Below are positions 37,316 to 48,514 of a DNA stretch of 64,000 nucleotides, in pieces. The notes beneath the pieces are model-generated. The model had not been told where the DNA came from and made no database searches. It was given only the letters and a program-made list of their open reading frames with translations. How positions within the stretch are numbered: the first letter of the stretch is position 1; every line of letters begins with the position of its first letter. Source of the DNA: Chiloscyllium plagiosum (lineage: Eukaryota). Both the position numbers and the translations under genes were made by a program. The stretch lies in NCBI RefSeq assembly GCF_004010195.1, contig NC_057749.1, positions 24,884,979 to 24,948,978 on the forward strand, read 5' to 3'.

Positions 37316-37856
37316 TTTTTCTCACAGAATAGCAGCAGCCCAGATGGTGTCCCGACTGTGCCATCTTTCTAATCAGGCTTTGACTCAGAAACTGCTGGGT
37401 CACAGCAGTTTTTAATATTTTTAAATAGGAACATCATATTTTAACAGTGTCAGAACTTCTCAATAAATGGCTGTTACCACATGACCTCCAATGATTCTGC
37501 ATCTTGCTATCTGCCAGGACACAATCACTGAACTGTATTTGATAACGAACACAGCCCTATCGCAGACAGGCCAGAGTCTGCTGTCTCTGTGCCCTGGGTT
37601 ATCTGTAGACTCGGATGCAAGGCACTGCTCTCATCGCATTCTCTCTGACAGGGTCTTCTTCCTGTTGGTTTTGGTCCAAATATAACGTTTTCCTGTTGAG
37701 TGACATTGATGGTTTACTGGGGTTTGAAGAATCCATGTTGAATTGGTGAGTAGGGAGCTCAAATCGATGTCAGATCCAAAAGTGACATATGTTGAGAGGG
37801 ATCATCAGGGAAGGACTTTCATTGAATAACTAAAGGTGGCACAATAATTGCCGTTG

Positions 37857-39150
37857 TCATAGAGTCAGCGGGTCATACAGCATGGAAACAGACCCTTCGG
37901 TCCAACCAGTCCATGCTGAACATAATTCCAAACTAAACTGGTCCCACCTGCCTGCTCCAGGCCCATATCCCTCCAAACCTTTCCTATCCAAATGTCTGTT
38001 AAACGTTCGAACTGTATCCATCACTTCCTCTGGCAGAAAGGTTGACCCTCATGTCCTTTCTAAAGCTGTTTTCCTTTCATCTTAAAAATATGCTCTCTGG
38101 CTTTGAACTCGCCCACCCTAGGGACAAAAGAGCTTTGCTGTTCACTTTATCTATATCCCTCATGATTTTATAAACCTCTATAAAGTCACCTCTCAACGTC
38201 CTACGCTCCAGTGAGAAAAGTTCCAGCCTACCCACCTTCTCCTTATATCTCAAACCCTCCATTCCTGGTGAAATCCTGGTAAATCTCTTCTGAACCCTCT
38301 CCGATTTAATAATATCCTTCCTATAACAGGGTTGCCAGAACTGGACACAGTATTCCAGAAGACAGAACAAAGAGCAAAGAAAATTTACAGCCCAGGAACA
38401 GGCCCTTCGGCCTTCCAAGCCTGAGCCGATCCAAATCTACTGTCTAAACCTATCTTAAGGATCTGTATCCCTCTGCTCCCCACCTGCTCATGCATTTGTC
38501 CAGATGCACCTTAAATGAATCTATGGTGCCTGCCTCTACTTTCTCTGCTGTTAATGTGCTCCAGGCACCTACCACCCTCTGAGTAAAGTACTTTCTGTGT
38601 GTATCCCTCTTAAACCTTTCACCTCTCACCTTCTACACGTGACCTCTCATTATTGAATCCCTCACCTTGGGAAAAAGTGTATTGCTATCCACCCTGTCTA
38701 TACTCTTCATGATATTGTCGACTTCAATCAGGTACTCTCTCAATCTCCTTTTCTCTAAAATTTTTTTTGCCCCAGGATGGGGGATTTCAAGACTAGTAGG
38801 CACTTTTTAAGGTGAGAGGAGAGAGATTTAAAAAGGAAATCAGGGTCAAAAGTTTTTGAGTGGAATGGTGGTTTGTGAGTGGAATGAGCTTCCAGAGGAA
38901 GTGGTGGATATGGGTACAATTACAATGTTTAGAAGACATTTGGATAAGTAGATGAATAGGAAAGGTTTGGACGGATATGGGCCAGGAGCAGGCAGGTGGG
39001 ACTAGCTTAGTTTGGGATTATGGTTGGAATGGACTGGTTGGACCGAAGGGTCTGTTTCTGTGCTATATGACCCTATGATTCTATGACTCTCTAAGAGGTC
39101 TCACCAACGTCCTGTATAACCTCAACATGATGCCCCAACTCCGATAGTCA
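37857..39150. mobile_element. Nested CR1 cluster: minus host with minus (38362-38757) and plus (38765-39090) inserts
   Basis: LEYCVQFWQP in the host; host resumes aagaggtctcacc at ~39093. Confidence 0.8.
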
Positions 39151-39396
39151 AATTAGTGATTCTTGTTGTCCATCTGAACTAAAGGAATAATTAACATGAA
39201 CATCAACGCTAAGCTTGCAACAATATTATACTTCCTTAATGCCGTTAGACGGATGGAGAGCAGAAAATAGAAATGACTAAAAAAGGTTAACTTGAATTAA
39301 AATGCACTTCTGTCAGTTTGACAAGCAGTGTTAATAACTGTGTGGTTACCCCCACAACAAATACTTTCTGCTTTGCCATAAGAATTCCTTTATATT

Positions 39397-39705
39397 AGAT
39401 TAGATTCCCTACAATGCAGAAACAGGCCGTTCGGCCCAACAAGTCCACACTGATCCTCCGAAGAGTACCCCACCCAGACCCATTTCCCTCTGACTAATGC
39501 ACCTAACACTACAGGCAATTTAGCATGGCCAATTCACCTGACCTGCACAGCTTTGGATTGTGGGAGGAAACCGGAGCACCCAGAGGAAAGCCACACAGAC
39601 ACGGGGAGAATGTGCGACTCTGCACAGTCACCCGAGGCTGGAATCGAACCTGGGACCCTGGTGCTGTGAGGTAGCAGTGCTAAGCACTGAGCCACTGCAC
39701 TGCCT
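39397..39705 (-). mobile_element. HE1 SINE
   Basis: Full reverse-complement HE1. Confidence 0.9.
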
Positions 39706-39714
39706 AAAAAAAAA
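39706..39714 (-). terminator. Oligo-dT pol III terminator of the tRNA-Asp copy
   Basis: T9 on the minus strand ~15 nt after the tRNA 3' end. Confidence 0.55.
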
Positions 39715-39729
39715 TTAAACAAGCATGCA

Positions 39730-39801
39730 CTCCCTGGTGGGGAATTGAACCCCAATCTCCCGCGTGATCAGTGGGGATACTCACCACTATACTACCGAGG
39801 A
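39730..39801 (-). pseudogene. tRNA-Asp-derived gene copy, probably a pseudogene
   Basis: tcctcggtagtatagtggtgagtatccccactgatcacgcgggagattggggttcaattccccaccagggag closely follows vertebrate tRNA-Asp(GTC); altered anticodon loop and stem mismatches. Confidence 0.85.
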
Positions 39802-40025
39802 AGCCAATAAATCTCATGTATAACATAAATCAATTATTATATAATTGTGTAGGCTTTTCAATATAAATTGATTGCTGGGTAAATATTTGTCTAAAAAAAC
39901 AAATTACTGGCTGAAAACATCAGGAAATATTTATGATCAATATTCCATGAAGAGTAATGTATTAGAATAAAGCTGATCATACCTGTTGAAAGATTATGAT
40001 TCTGGTCCTAATGGGACAATGGATA

Positions 40026-41100
40026 CATAGAGTCAGACCCTTTGGTGCAACCAGTCCATGCCATCCATAATCCCAAACTCAACTAGATCCACCTGCCTAC
40101 TCCTGGGCCATATCCCTCCAAACATTTCTTATTTATTATTTATCCAAATGTCTTTTAATGTTGTAATTGTATCCACATCCACTACTTCCTCAGAAAGTTC
40201 ATTTCACATGTAAACCACACTCTGTGTAAAAAAAAAATGCCTCCTATGTCTTTTTTAAATCTCTCGTCTCTCACCTTAAGAAATCGCCCATCCTAGGGGA
40301 AAGACACCTCGTATTAACTCTATCTATACCCTTCATTATTTTATAAACTTCTGTCAGGTCACCGCTCAATCTTCTACGCTCTGGTGAAAAAGAGTCCCAG
40401 CCTATTCAACTTTTCTTTACAACTCAAACCTGAAACATCCTGGTAAATCAGGGTACATGTCATTTAAGCAACCATTCCAGAGATTTTAAAGTGAAATTTG
40501 ATTTCTTTGAAGTCTTTCGCAAAAGTTTCCATTACAAGGACAAGTTGCAAGAAGGCACACTGGTCCTTGGATTTCTTGGGTTTAAAGACTAAAGCATTAA
40601 AGCTATGCTCATGTAAAGTTGTACCTGTCATCATTTAGATTCCCAGGTTGAGTGTGGGAGTGTTTTCCAAATATGTTGTAAGGAGAGGTTGAATAGGCTG
40701 GGGCTGTTTTCCCTGGAGTGCTGGAAATTAAAGGGCGACCTTATAGAAGTTTAGAAAATCATGGGGGTCATCGATAGCATAAACAAACAAGTCTTTTCCC
40801 TGGGTTGAGGGGGAGTCCAGGACTAGAGGACATAGGTTTCTGGTGAGAGAGGGAAAATTCAAAAGGGACCAAAGGAGCAACAGTTTCACGTGTGTATGGA
40901 ATAAGCTGCAAGGGGAAGTGGTGGAAGCTGATACAATTACAACATTTAAAAGGATAGTTACATGAATAGGAAGGGTTTAGAGGGATATGGGCCAATTGCC
41001 GGCAAATGGGACTAGATTAGGTTAGGATATCTGGTCAGCATGGGTGAGTTGCACTAAAGGGTCTGTTTCCGTGCTGCACATCTCTGTGACTCTATGACTT
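40026..41100. mobile_element. Two CR1 3' ends (40026-40447 minus, 40677-41100 plus)
   Basis: CR1 C-terminal and 3'UTR motifs with tails. Confidence 0.8.
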
Positions 41101-41527
41101 TATGTTTCTTCCCTGGGTATTGTGTACCCCTCTATTGACATAGTTTTAAAATTATCCATGGATTCACCAACTGAGGTGCCATCAGAGCTTTCAAATGAGC
41201 CTACAGTTCAGAGGCCAGATTGTAAATGTAATTTACTGACAGTTTTGGGTCATTAGCCGTATGGTTAATTCTTCATAGTCCCCAAGCTAAACCCCTGGAG
41301 TTTGCTATCAATACACACTGGGTAGGAGTAACTTCACCATACACAGAAACACAGCCCATACAGAGAGCGCAAAGAGGAGATTGGAGTGATGTTTAACATC
41401 ATGAGGAGTTTCCAAAGGCTGAACAATCAATATCCAGACCAAAAGCCTCCAAGGGTGTGGGCTTCAGATGAGAAAAGCACAGCCTGATAGTCAGAGGGAT
41501 GAGAACTGATTCATGACCAGCTATTTT

Positions 41528-41868
41528 GGGTGGCACGGTGGCTCAGTGGTGAGCACCACTGCCTCATGGCGCTTGGGACCTGGGTTCGATTCCAGCCTCA
41601 GGCAACTTCTGTGTGGAGTTTGCACATTCTCCCCACGTCTGCTTGGGTTTCCTTTGGATGTTCTGGTTTCCTCCCACAGTCTGAAGATGTGCAGGTTAGG
41701 GCAGATTGGCCATGCTAAATTGTCCATAGTGTCCAGGGATTTGCAGGTCAGCTGGTTTGGCCATGGGAAATGCAGGGATAGGGTGGGTCTGGGTGGGGTG
41801 CTCTTTGGAGGGTTGGTGTGGACTCAATGGGCCAAATGGCCTGCTCCCACACTATAGGAATTCTATTG
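41528..41868 (+). mobile_element. HE1 SINE
   Basis: Head, V-domain and tail. Confidence 0.88.
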
Positions 41869-42821
41869 AATTGATACTCATCAGAAGAAAAGAATATTAT
41901 AGAGAGCGTGGAGGAGTAGATTGCTGTTTGGATGAGCTGGTGCAGGTTTTAATGATCTCAATGACCTCCATCTCTATGATACATGAGAACTCTTGGGGTC
42001 TTTGTGCCTGATCAGTTTGGCTTTGGCCCCCTTGCTCACATCCAGTCGGAATATCAACAATGAAGATAGCCGTTAGTGAGTGCTTGCTGACCTTATCAAT
42101 TGAAGACGACTTTCTGATCATGAGCATCTCTCATAAAATAAAGAACACATATGTTACCAATGATGTTTCAGCCTTATTGACGATTCTTATATTTGCCATG
42201 GGAAAAGGTAGTGATTGAGAATGCCTAGCCTTCCTGCTCTCTATTTCTCCACCACCTCCATTCACCCTCTGCCACATGCCGCAACATTTGGATAATAGAG
42301 CAAAATGTTGTGCTTACATCTCTGGAACTTGTTCAAATGCAGCCAATAACAAGGAGGGTGATAATCCTCTCTGGTTTATGTTGTTAAGAGCCTGAAATCA
42401 AATTAATCTCAAAGTCTTGACTGCGCTCCCAGTAGAATCAAGCCTACAGCCTAAGAACTGCCAATCATTTGACACTAATTGACACTGAGATGGGGTGAAC
42501 TTGCTTAGATCGTGACGATAGATGGTTAGTAAACGAGAAACACATAATTGTGCTGGAGACTTCAAGAGGGTGTGACTGACCCATTCAGGTTCATAGACAC
42601 AAAAGAAAATGTTGTGATGTTAAGTTAATTAAAGCTGAAAAGTGTCTGCAGTACTTTGTCGTTATTCTAATAATAATTGAGGCCAGTCTTGAAAGCGCAG
42701 AGGAAAGTTCCAGTAATAGCATGAGTGTCCACTTTATCTCTTCACTTCTGTGCTGTTCCTCCCATACCTGCTAGAGTGTGATCTGACTCCATTTGCAAGC
42801 TCAGGTCATTGTCATGCAACT

Positions 42822-42952
42822 TTGCACAACCACCTGATGAAGGAGCAGCACTCCGAAAGCTAGTGCTTCCAAATAAACCTGTTGGACTATAACCTGGTAT
42901 TGTGTGATTTTTAACTTTGTACACCCCAGTCCAACACCGGCATCTCCAAATC
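42822..42952 (+). mobile_element. PLE family-B pLTR with hammerhead core at 42834-42862
   Basis: cac CUGAUGA A GGAG-CAGCA-CUCC GAAA GCUA gug; tail ccccagtccaacaccggcatctccaaatc. Confidence 0.75.
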
Positions 42953-43458
42953 ATTGCAAGCCATAGAGCAATTGTGAACCAGCTGGGGGCTGTTACAACA
43001 ACCTGGTAGCTTCCTTCTGACCAGAACTGGCAAAATGTCTTGATATAATTGATTTTAAATCCCACAACTGCAGTTGTGGGGAATTGAACCTATATTTCCA
43101 GTGCATTGGCTCAGGTTTACTAGTTCAGTAGCACAAGCATTTGAGGGGGGGGGGGGGGGGCAATGTTGCTATCTCAGGGCCATTAGCATCATGTTCAATC
43201 CAGGACTAGTTGGCTATGGAAGGTGTGTTTGTAATGTGGCCCAGCTGCCTGATGTAAATCCTTCCTGATCGCACGTTAGAGAGTCACCTGGGTCAGCCAA
43301 TTCCCAGAAGTCAATGGCCAAACCATTGCCTGTAGTTTGTCCATAGGTGGAGACCAATCCAGTGGAAGGCCACCACCCAACCCTCAGAAGAAATTGAGGA
43401 CAGGTGAAAAGACAAAGGGACAGATTACCCCTACTGTCTCTGGTCTTGTGAGTACAAT

Positions 43459-43685
43459 GGGGGTTGATTTAGTTCAGTTGGTTGGTTTCCAATACCACTT
43501 TGATGTTAACAGCGTGGGTTCAATTCCCATGACTGGCTAAGGTTACCATGAAGGACTCTCCTTCTCAAGCTCTCCGCTCACCTGATGTGTGGTGGACATC
43601 AGGTTAAATCACCATCGTTTTCTCTCTCTGTCTCTAAGAGAGCAAGCCCTATGGTCTGGTAAGAGTATGGCAACTTGACCTTGAC
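43459..43685 (+). mobile_element. tRNA-derived SINE (unnamed family)
   Basis: A-box-like tagttcagttgg, B-box ggttcaattcc; matches 1225-1410. Confidence 0.6.
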
Positions 43686-43872
43686 CTGGCTGGCTCAATG
43701 TGTGTGACTGAGCTACTGCAGACCCTTCTCTCTCCCCCACCTTAAACGTGCAGAGGAAAGTTCCAGTTTCCAGCAGTTATTGCACAAATGTGCATGTTAT
43801 GTCCTCACTTCTCTGCCATACCACTATGTTCTGTACATGTGAATCCCTATCAGATGACGATTTAGGGAATCA

Positions 43873-44042
43873 TATTCTGGATTAGTGGCACAGGAAGAGC
43901 ACAGCACAGGGCTGATGAAGGGCTTTTGCCCGAAACGTCGATTTCGAAGCTCCTTGGATGCTGCCTGAACTGCTGTGCTCTTCCAGCACCACGAATCCAG
44001 AATCTTGTTTCCAGCATCTGCAGTCATTGTTTTTACCTCATT
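43873..44042. mobile_element. PLE family-A unit with intact hammerhead core at 43912-43939
   Basis: CUGAUGA A GGGC-UUUU-GCCC GAAA CGUC; TSD gatttagggaatca at 43859-43872 and 44043-44056. Confidence 0.85.
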
Positions 44043-44667
44043 GATTTAGGGAATCAGTTGATGATAGAGTTGCAATGAGCTGTGATGATGATTCCTTCCC
44101 TATTTGGACCATCTGTGCAAAAATTAGTAGGGCTAATTGAACTGTGTAGCCATTTGCAACGTGATTGAGTGATGAAGGGTGAAAAAATACAGCTCATGCT
44201 CCCTATAAAAATACCTTCAGCAAACAACAGAGCCAGGTTTCCATGTTACTGAATTAACAAGAAAGCCAGAACCAATGTGTGCCATGTCAGATATGACAAC
44301 ACTTTAATTAGTGATGGCCTCTATTATTTGTAATCTAATAAAAACTTTCAAGAGCTGGCCTAGAATCCATGAATGTGTGAGTGCTCACGTATAATTTGTG
44401 TTCTGCTCCACTGAAGAATCCAGGCCAGTTTTTACTTGGCTTTAAGTTGTGCCCAGATGAAGTGTTTGGCCTTGTGTTAGGTTTGTGTAAAATAGATTGC
44501 ATGTGACAGTGGGCATCACTAATTAATGCAGTATGACACACAGTCACTCTGGCCTATATTTTTATAAAACAACTGGAAGTGTGTCTGTGCATGTGACCCT
44601 ATAAAAGCCAACATGATGTGAAGTGTTGACTGTTTGGAACTAATTCTCTCCATCCTTGAACTGATTT

Positions 44668-45973
44668 TTTATTTTTTCATTTGTGGGATGTGGGCGTCGC
44701 TGATTGGGCCCAATATTTATTGCCCCTTGAGAAGGTGGGGGTGAGCTTCCTTCCTGAACCGCTGCAGTGCACCTGCTGTGGGTTGACCCACAATGCCCTG
44801 AGGGAGGGAATTCCAAGATTTTGACCAAACGACTCTGAAGGAATAGCGACATATTTCCAAGTCAGGATGGTGAGTGACTTGGAGGGGAATTTGCAAGGAG
44901 TGGTGTTCCCATGTATCTGCTACCCATGTCCTTCCAGATGGAAGTGGTCATGGGTTTAGAAGGTGCTGTCTGAGGATGTTTAGTGAATTTCTGCTGTGCA
45001 TCTTGGAGATAGTACACACTGCTGCTACTGAGCATCAATGGTGCTAGTGGGTGCCCTGCCAATCAAGTGGGCTGCACTGTCCTGGATGTTCCTGAGTGTC
45101 GCTGGGGGGCTGCACCCATCCAGGCAGGAAGGGAGCATTCCATCACACTCCTGACTTGCGCCTTGTAGATGGTGGACAGGTTTTGGGGAGTCAGAAAGTG
45201 AATTACTCGCTGCAGTATTCCTAGCTTCTGACTGCTCTTGCAGCCCCTGTGTTTATGTGGTGAGACCAGTTGAGTCTCTGGTCAATGACAACCCTCAGTT
45301 TTTGATAGTGGGGGATTCAATGATGGTAACACCATTGAAATGTCAAGGGGTAATGGTTAGATTATCTCTTATTCGTGATGGTCATTGCCTCGCATTTGTA
45401 TGGCACGAATGTTACTTGCCACTTGTCAGCCCAAGCCTGGATATTGTCCAGATCTTTGGCACAGACTGCTTCAGTATCTGAGGAGTTGCGAATGGTGCTG
45501 AATGTTGTGTAATCATTGGCGAACATCCGCACTTCTGACCTTATGATGGAGGGAAAGGTCATTGATGAAGCAGCTGAAGATGGTTGGGCTGAGGACAATA
45601 CCCTGAGGAATTCCTGCAGAGATGTCCTGGAGCTGAGATGACTGACCCTCCACAACCACAGTCATCTTCCTATGTGTCCGGTATGACTCTAACCAGCGGT
45701 GAGTTTGCTCTCTGAGAGCTATTGATCCCAGTTTTGCCAGGGCTTCTTGGCGCTACACTCAGCTGAACGCAGCCTTGATATCAAGGGCTGTCACTCTCCC
45801 CTCCCCTCTGAGTTCAGCTCTTTTGCCCGTGTTTGAACCAATGTTGTAATGAGATCAGGAGCTGAGTGGCCCTGGCAGAACCCAAACTGGGCGTCACTGA
45901 GCAGGTTATTGCTGAGCAGGAGCTGCTTCATGACCCCTTCCATCACATTACTGATGATGGAGAGTAGACTGAT
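44668..45973 (-). mobile_element. Second CR1-group LINE family, RT-containing 3' fragment
   Basis: GIPQGIVLSPTIFSCFINDL/PSIIRSEVRMFANDYT..DLDNIQAWADKWQVTF; tail gcccacatcccacaaatgaaaaaa. Confidence 0.85.
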
Positions 45974-46204
45974 TTACTTACTTGGGCTGAAATGTTCATG
46001 TAAATTCCACACACAGCCCTCGTTCATGTCACTTGTGTGGGCCCAGCCAGACCACATTCATTCCTGGTTATTGGTGAGGCATACACACATGGCATTTAGG
46101 GCAGGACTTGCACCCCCGATTCTTTTGATTCACTCGTGGGACATGGATTTCACTTGCTAGGCCAATTTTTCTTGCACATTCCTAGTTACTCTTGAGAAGT
46201 TTAT

Positions 46205-46500
46205 CAAATCTCTCCAGTCTGAAAGGAGGCCTTTTAGCCCATCGTGTCCACGCACCAACCCCACCCTCTGAAGAGCATCTCACCCAAACCCACCCCCTTA
46301 CTCTATCCCTGTAACCCTGCATTTCCCATGGCCAATCCATCTAACCCGCACATCTTTGTATTGTGGGAGGAAACCGGAGCACACCCACACAGACATAGGA
46401 AGAATGAGCAAACGCCACACAGACAATCACCTCAGGGTGGAATCAAGCCCGGGTCCCTGGTGTTGGGAGGCAACCGTGCTAACCACTGAGCCACCGTGCT
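46205..46500 (-). mobile_element. HE1 SINE
   Basis: Reverse-complement head and V-domain. Confidence 0.85.
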
Positions 46501-46942
46501 GGTGGTGGTAAGAAATGAATGGCTTGCTAGGCCATTTCAGGGGCAAGTTAAGAGTCAATCAGATTGCTGTGGGTCTGGAATCACATGTAGGCCAGACCAG
46601 GTATGGATGGCAAATTTCCTTCCCTAAAGGATATTAGTGAACCGGGTGGGGGTTGTCTAACCATCGTTGACAGTTTCATGCTCACCTCTAGATGCATTGG
46701 GGCAATTATGGAGGTAGTGGGTACAATTCTTTACTCTGCCTGTCATAATGGCAGCAGCACATTGGCACCATCCCTGACCATCCAGAAGAAGGCGTGCCAG
46801 AGGATTGAAGGATAACCAATGGTGTTAATGTCCCATTGTCAAAAGTCTTCCTCACCCAACTGGCTATAACTGTGACAACAGCTGCCCTGTGGTGGGTGTT
46901 CCCCTCCACAATGGTGGCTTGGCTAAAAATCACAATCTCCTT

Positions 46943-47170
46943 CAGGTCGTTCTGCTATAACATGGCAGTTGTGTTCCTCTGCTAACCTCACGCTGTAGAA
47001 AGTCACGCTATGGAAAACCGTGAGTGAAAACCAGGCTGTAGAGGATCGCCAACAGGAAATAGCTATACCTGCTCAGCAGAAAGCCTGCATTATCCATACA
47101 GCGTCCACAAATCCTCAATCGCGTTATAGCCAATTTGTGCTGATGGAACGCGCGTGACAGCAGTAATTCG
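46943..47170. mobile_element. Tigger-like MITE
   Basis: caggtcgttctgctataac ... gcgttatagccaat..cgcgtgacagcag imperfect TIRs. Confidence 0.45.
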
Positions 47171-47954
47171 GAACAGGAGACAGCCTGTGGCCATTTTCTC
47201 AATCGAAACCTATAAAACATCACAGAGGAGAATGAAAGCTTCATCATTTGGTGTGGACTCGTTGGGCCAAAGAGTCTGTTTCCACACTGTCGTGATTCTA
47301 TGATGCTAAGATTCTGTCTGACAGGCTCCTACTGAGAATCAGATGCTTTTTCCTGCCTTGGGAGTGGCCCCACACTCCAATCCTTAATTCCATAGCACGC
47401 CTGCCCCTGGGCATGTTTGCCCCAGGAAATACTGCTTCATCGGTGCTTTGTTTGTCCTATTCTGGGCATCAGAAATCAACATCATTGAGCCCTCTTCACT
47501 GGTAGAAGGGGCTGTCTGGGTCTCACTGCTATAAAGCACTGACGTGACAATAGCCTGTGGCATTTGCCAATGCTGCCCATATGTGGTACTGCGTCAGCTT
47601 TGTTTCAGAAAGTTACAATTGTCCTTTTGATAAGGTCTAATCAACGTGTTCAGTGATGTTATGGCACACCTCTGCAGCAAAGTGAGGTTTGAATGCAGGC
47701 CTCCAAGCCCAGAGGTAGGGACAATACTGGCACGAGGACTCAGGTAGAAAACATAAGAACATAAGGACTAGGAGCAGGGCCTGCTCTGCCGTTCAATATC
47801 GTCATGGCTGATCTTTCTAGGACCCAGCATTGATGAGTCTAAACAGAAGGGGCACTCGTCTGAGTTAAAACGTGATTTATTGCACGATAGCAGTCGCCAT
47901 TTTAGAAGGAATGGTAATTATCAATCCAGACACCCCACCCTCCCCTCAAAAGAT

Positions 47955-48450
47955 GAATACTCTGGGAACTTGGGTTCAAGTCCTGCCATGGCAGATGGTG
48001 AAGTTTACAATCAATGAAATCTGGGATTTAAATCTAGCCTAATAGTGACCGTATAACCACTGCCCTTAACACCCCATCTGGTTCACTGATACACTTTAGA
48101 GAAGTAAATCTGACATGTAACAGCAACGATAATTGACACTTAACATCTCCGAAATGGCCCAGCAATCCCCTCAGTTCCAGGAGCACTGAGAGAATTTAAC
48201 AAAAAAATTACTAGTCAGGCACAATGGAATTAAGAGTCTATTGGTGTCCCTGAAACCATTGTCGGAAAAACCCATCTGGTTCACTAATGCCCTTTTGGGA
48301 AGGAAACTGCCATCCTTATCTGTTTTGGCCTACACGTGACTCCAGACCAACAGCACTTTGTTTGACTCTTAACTGCCTTCTGGGTAATTAGGGATGGGCA
48401 ACAAATGCTGGCCTGGCCAGTGATGCCCTCATCCCATTTAATGAATAAAA
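47955..48450 (+). mobile_element. Two SINE family-2 copies
   Basis: ccatctggttcact core occurs twice; family tail. Confidence 0.7.
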
Positions 48451-48514
48451 GAAATTACAAATTGGGAATTGTACACAATATATCTTGTCTGTATGCTTTA
48501 TTGCAAACCTTGAA

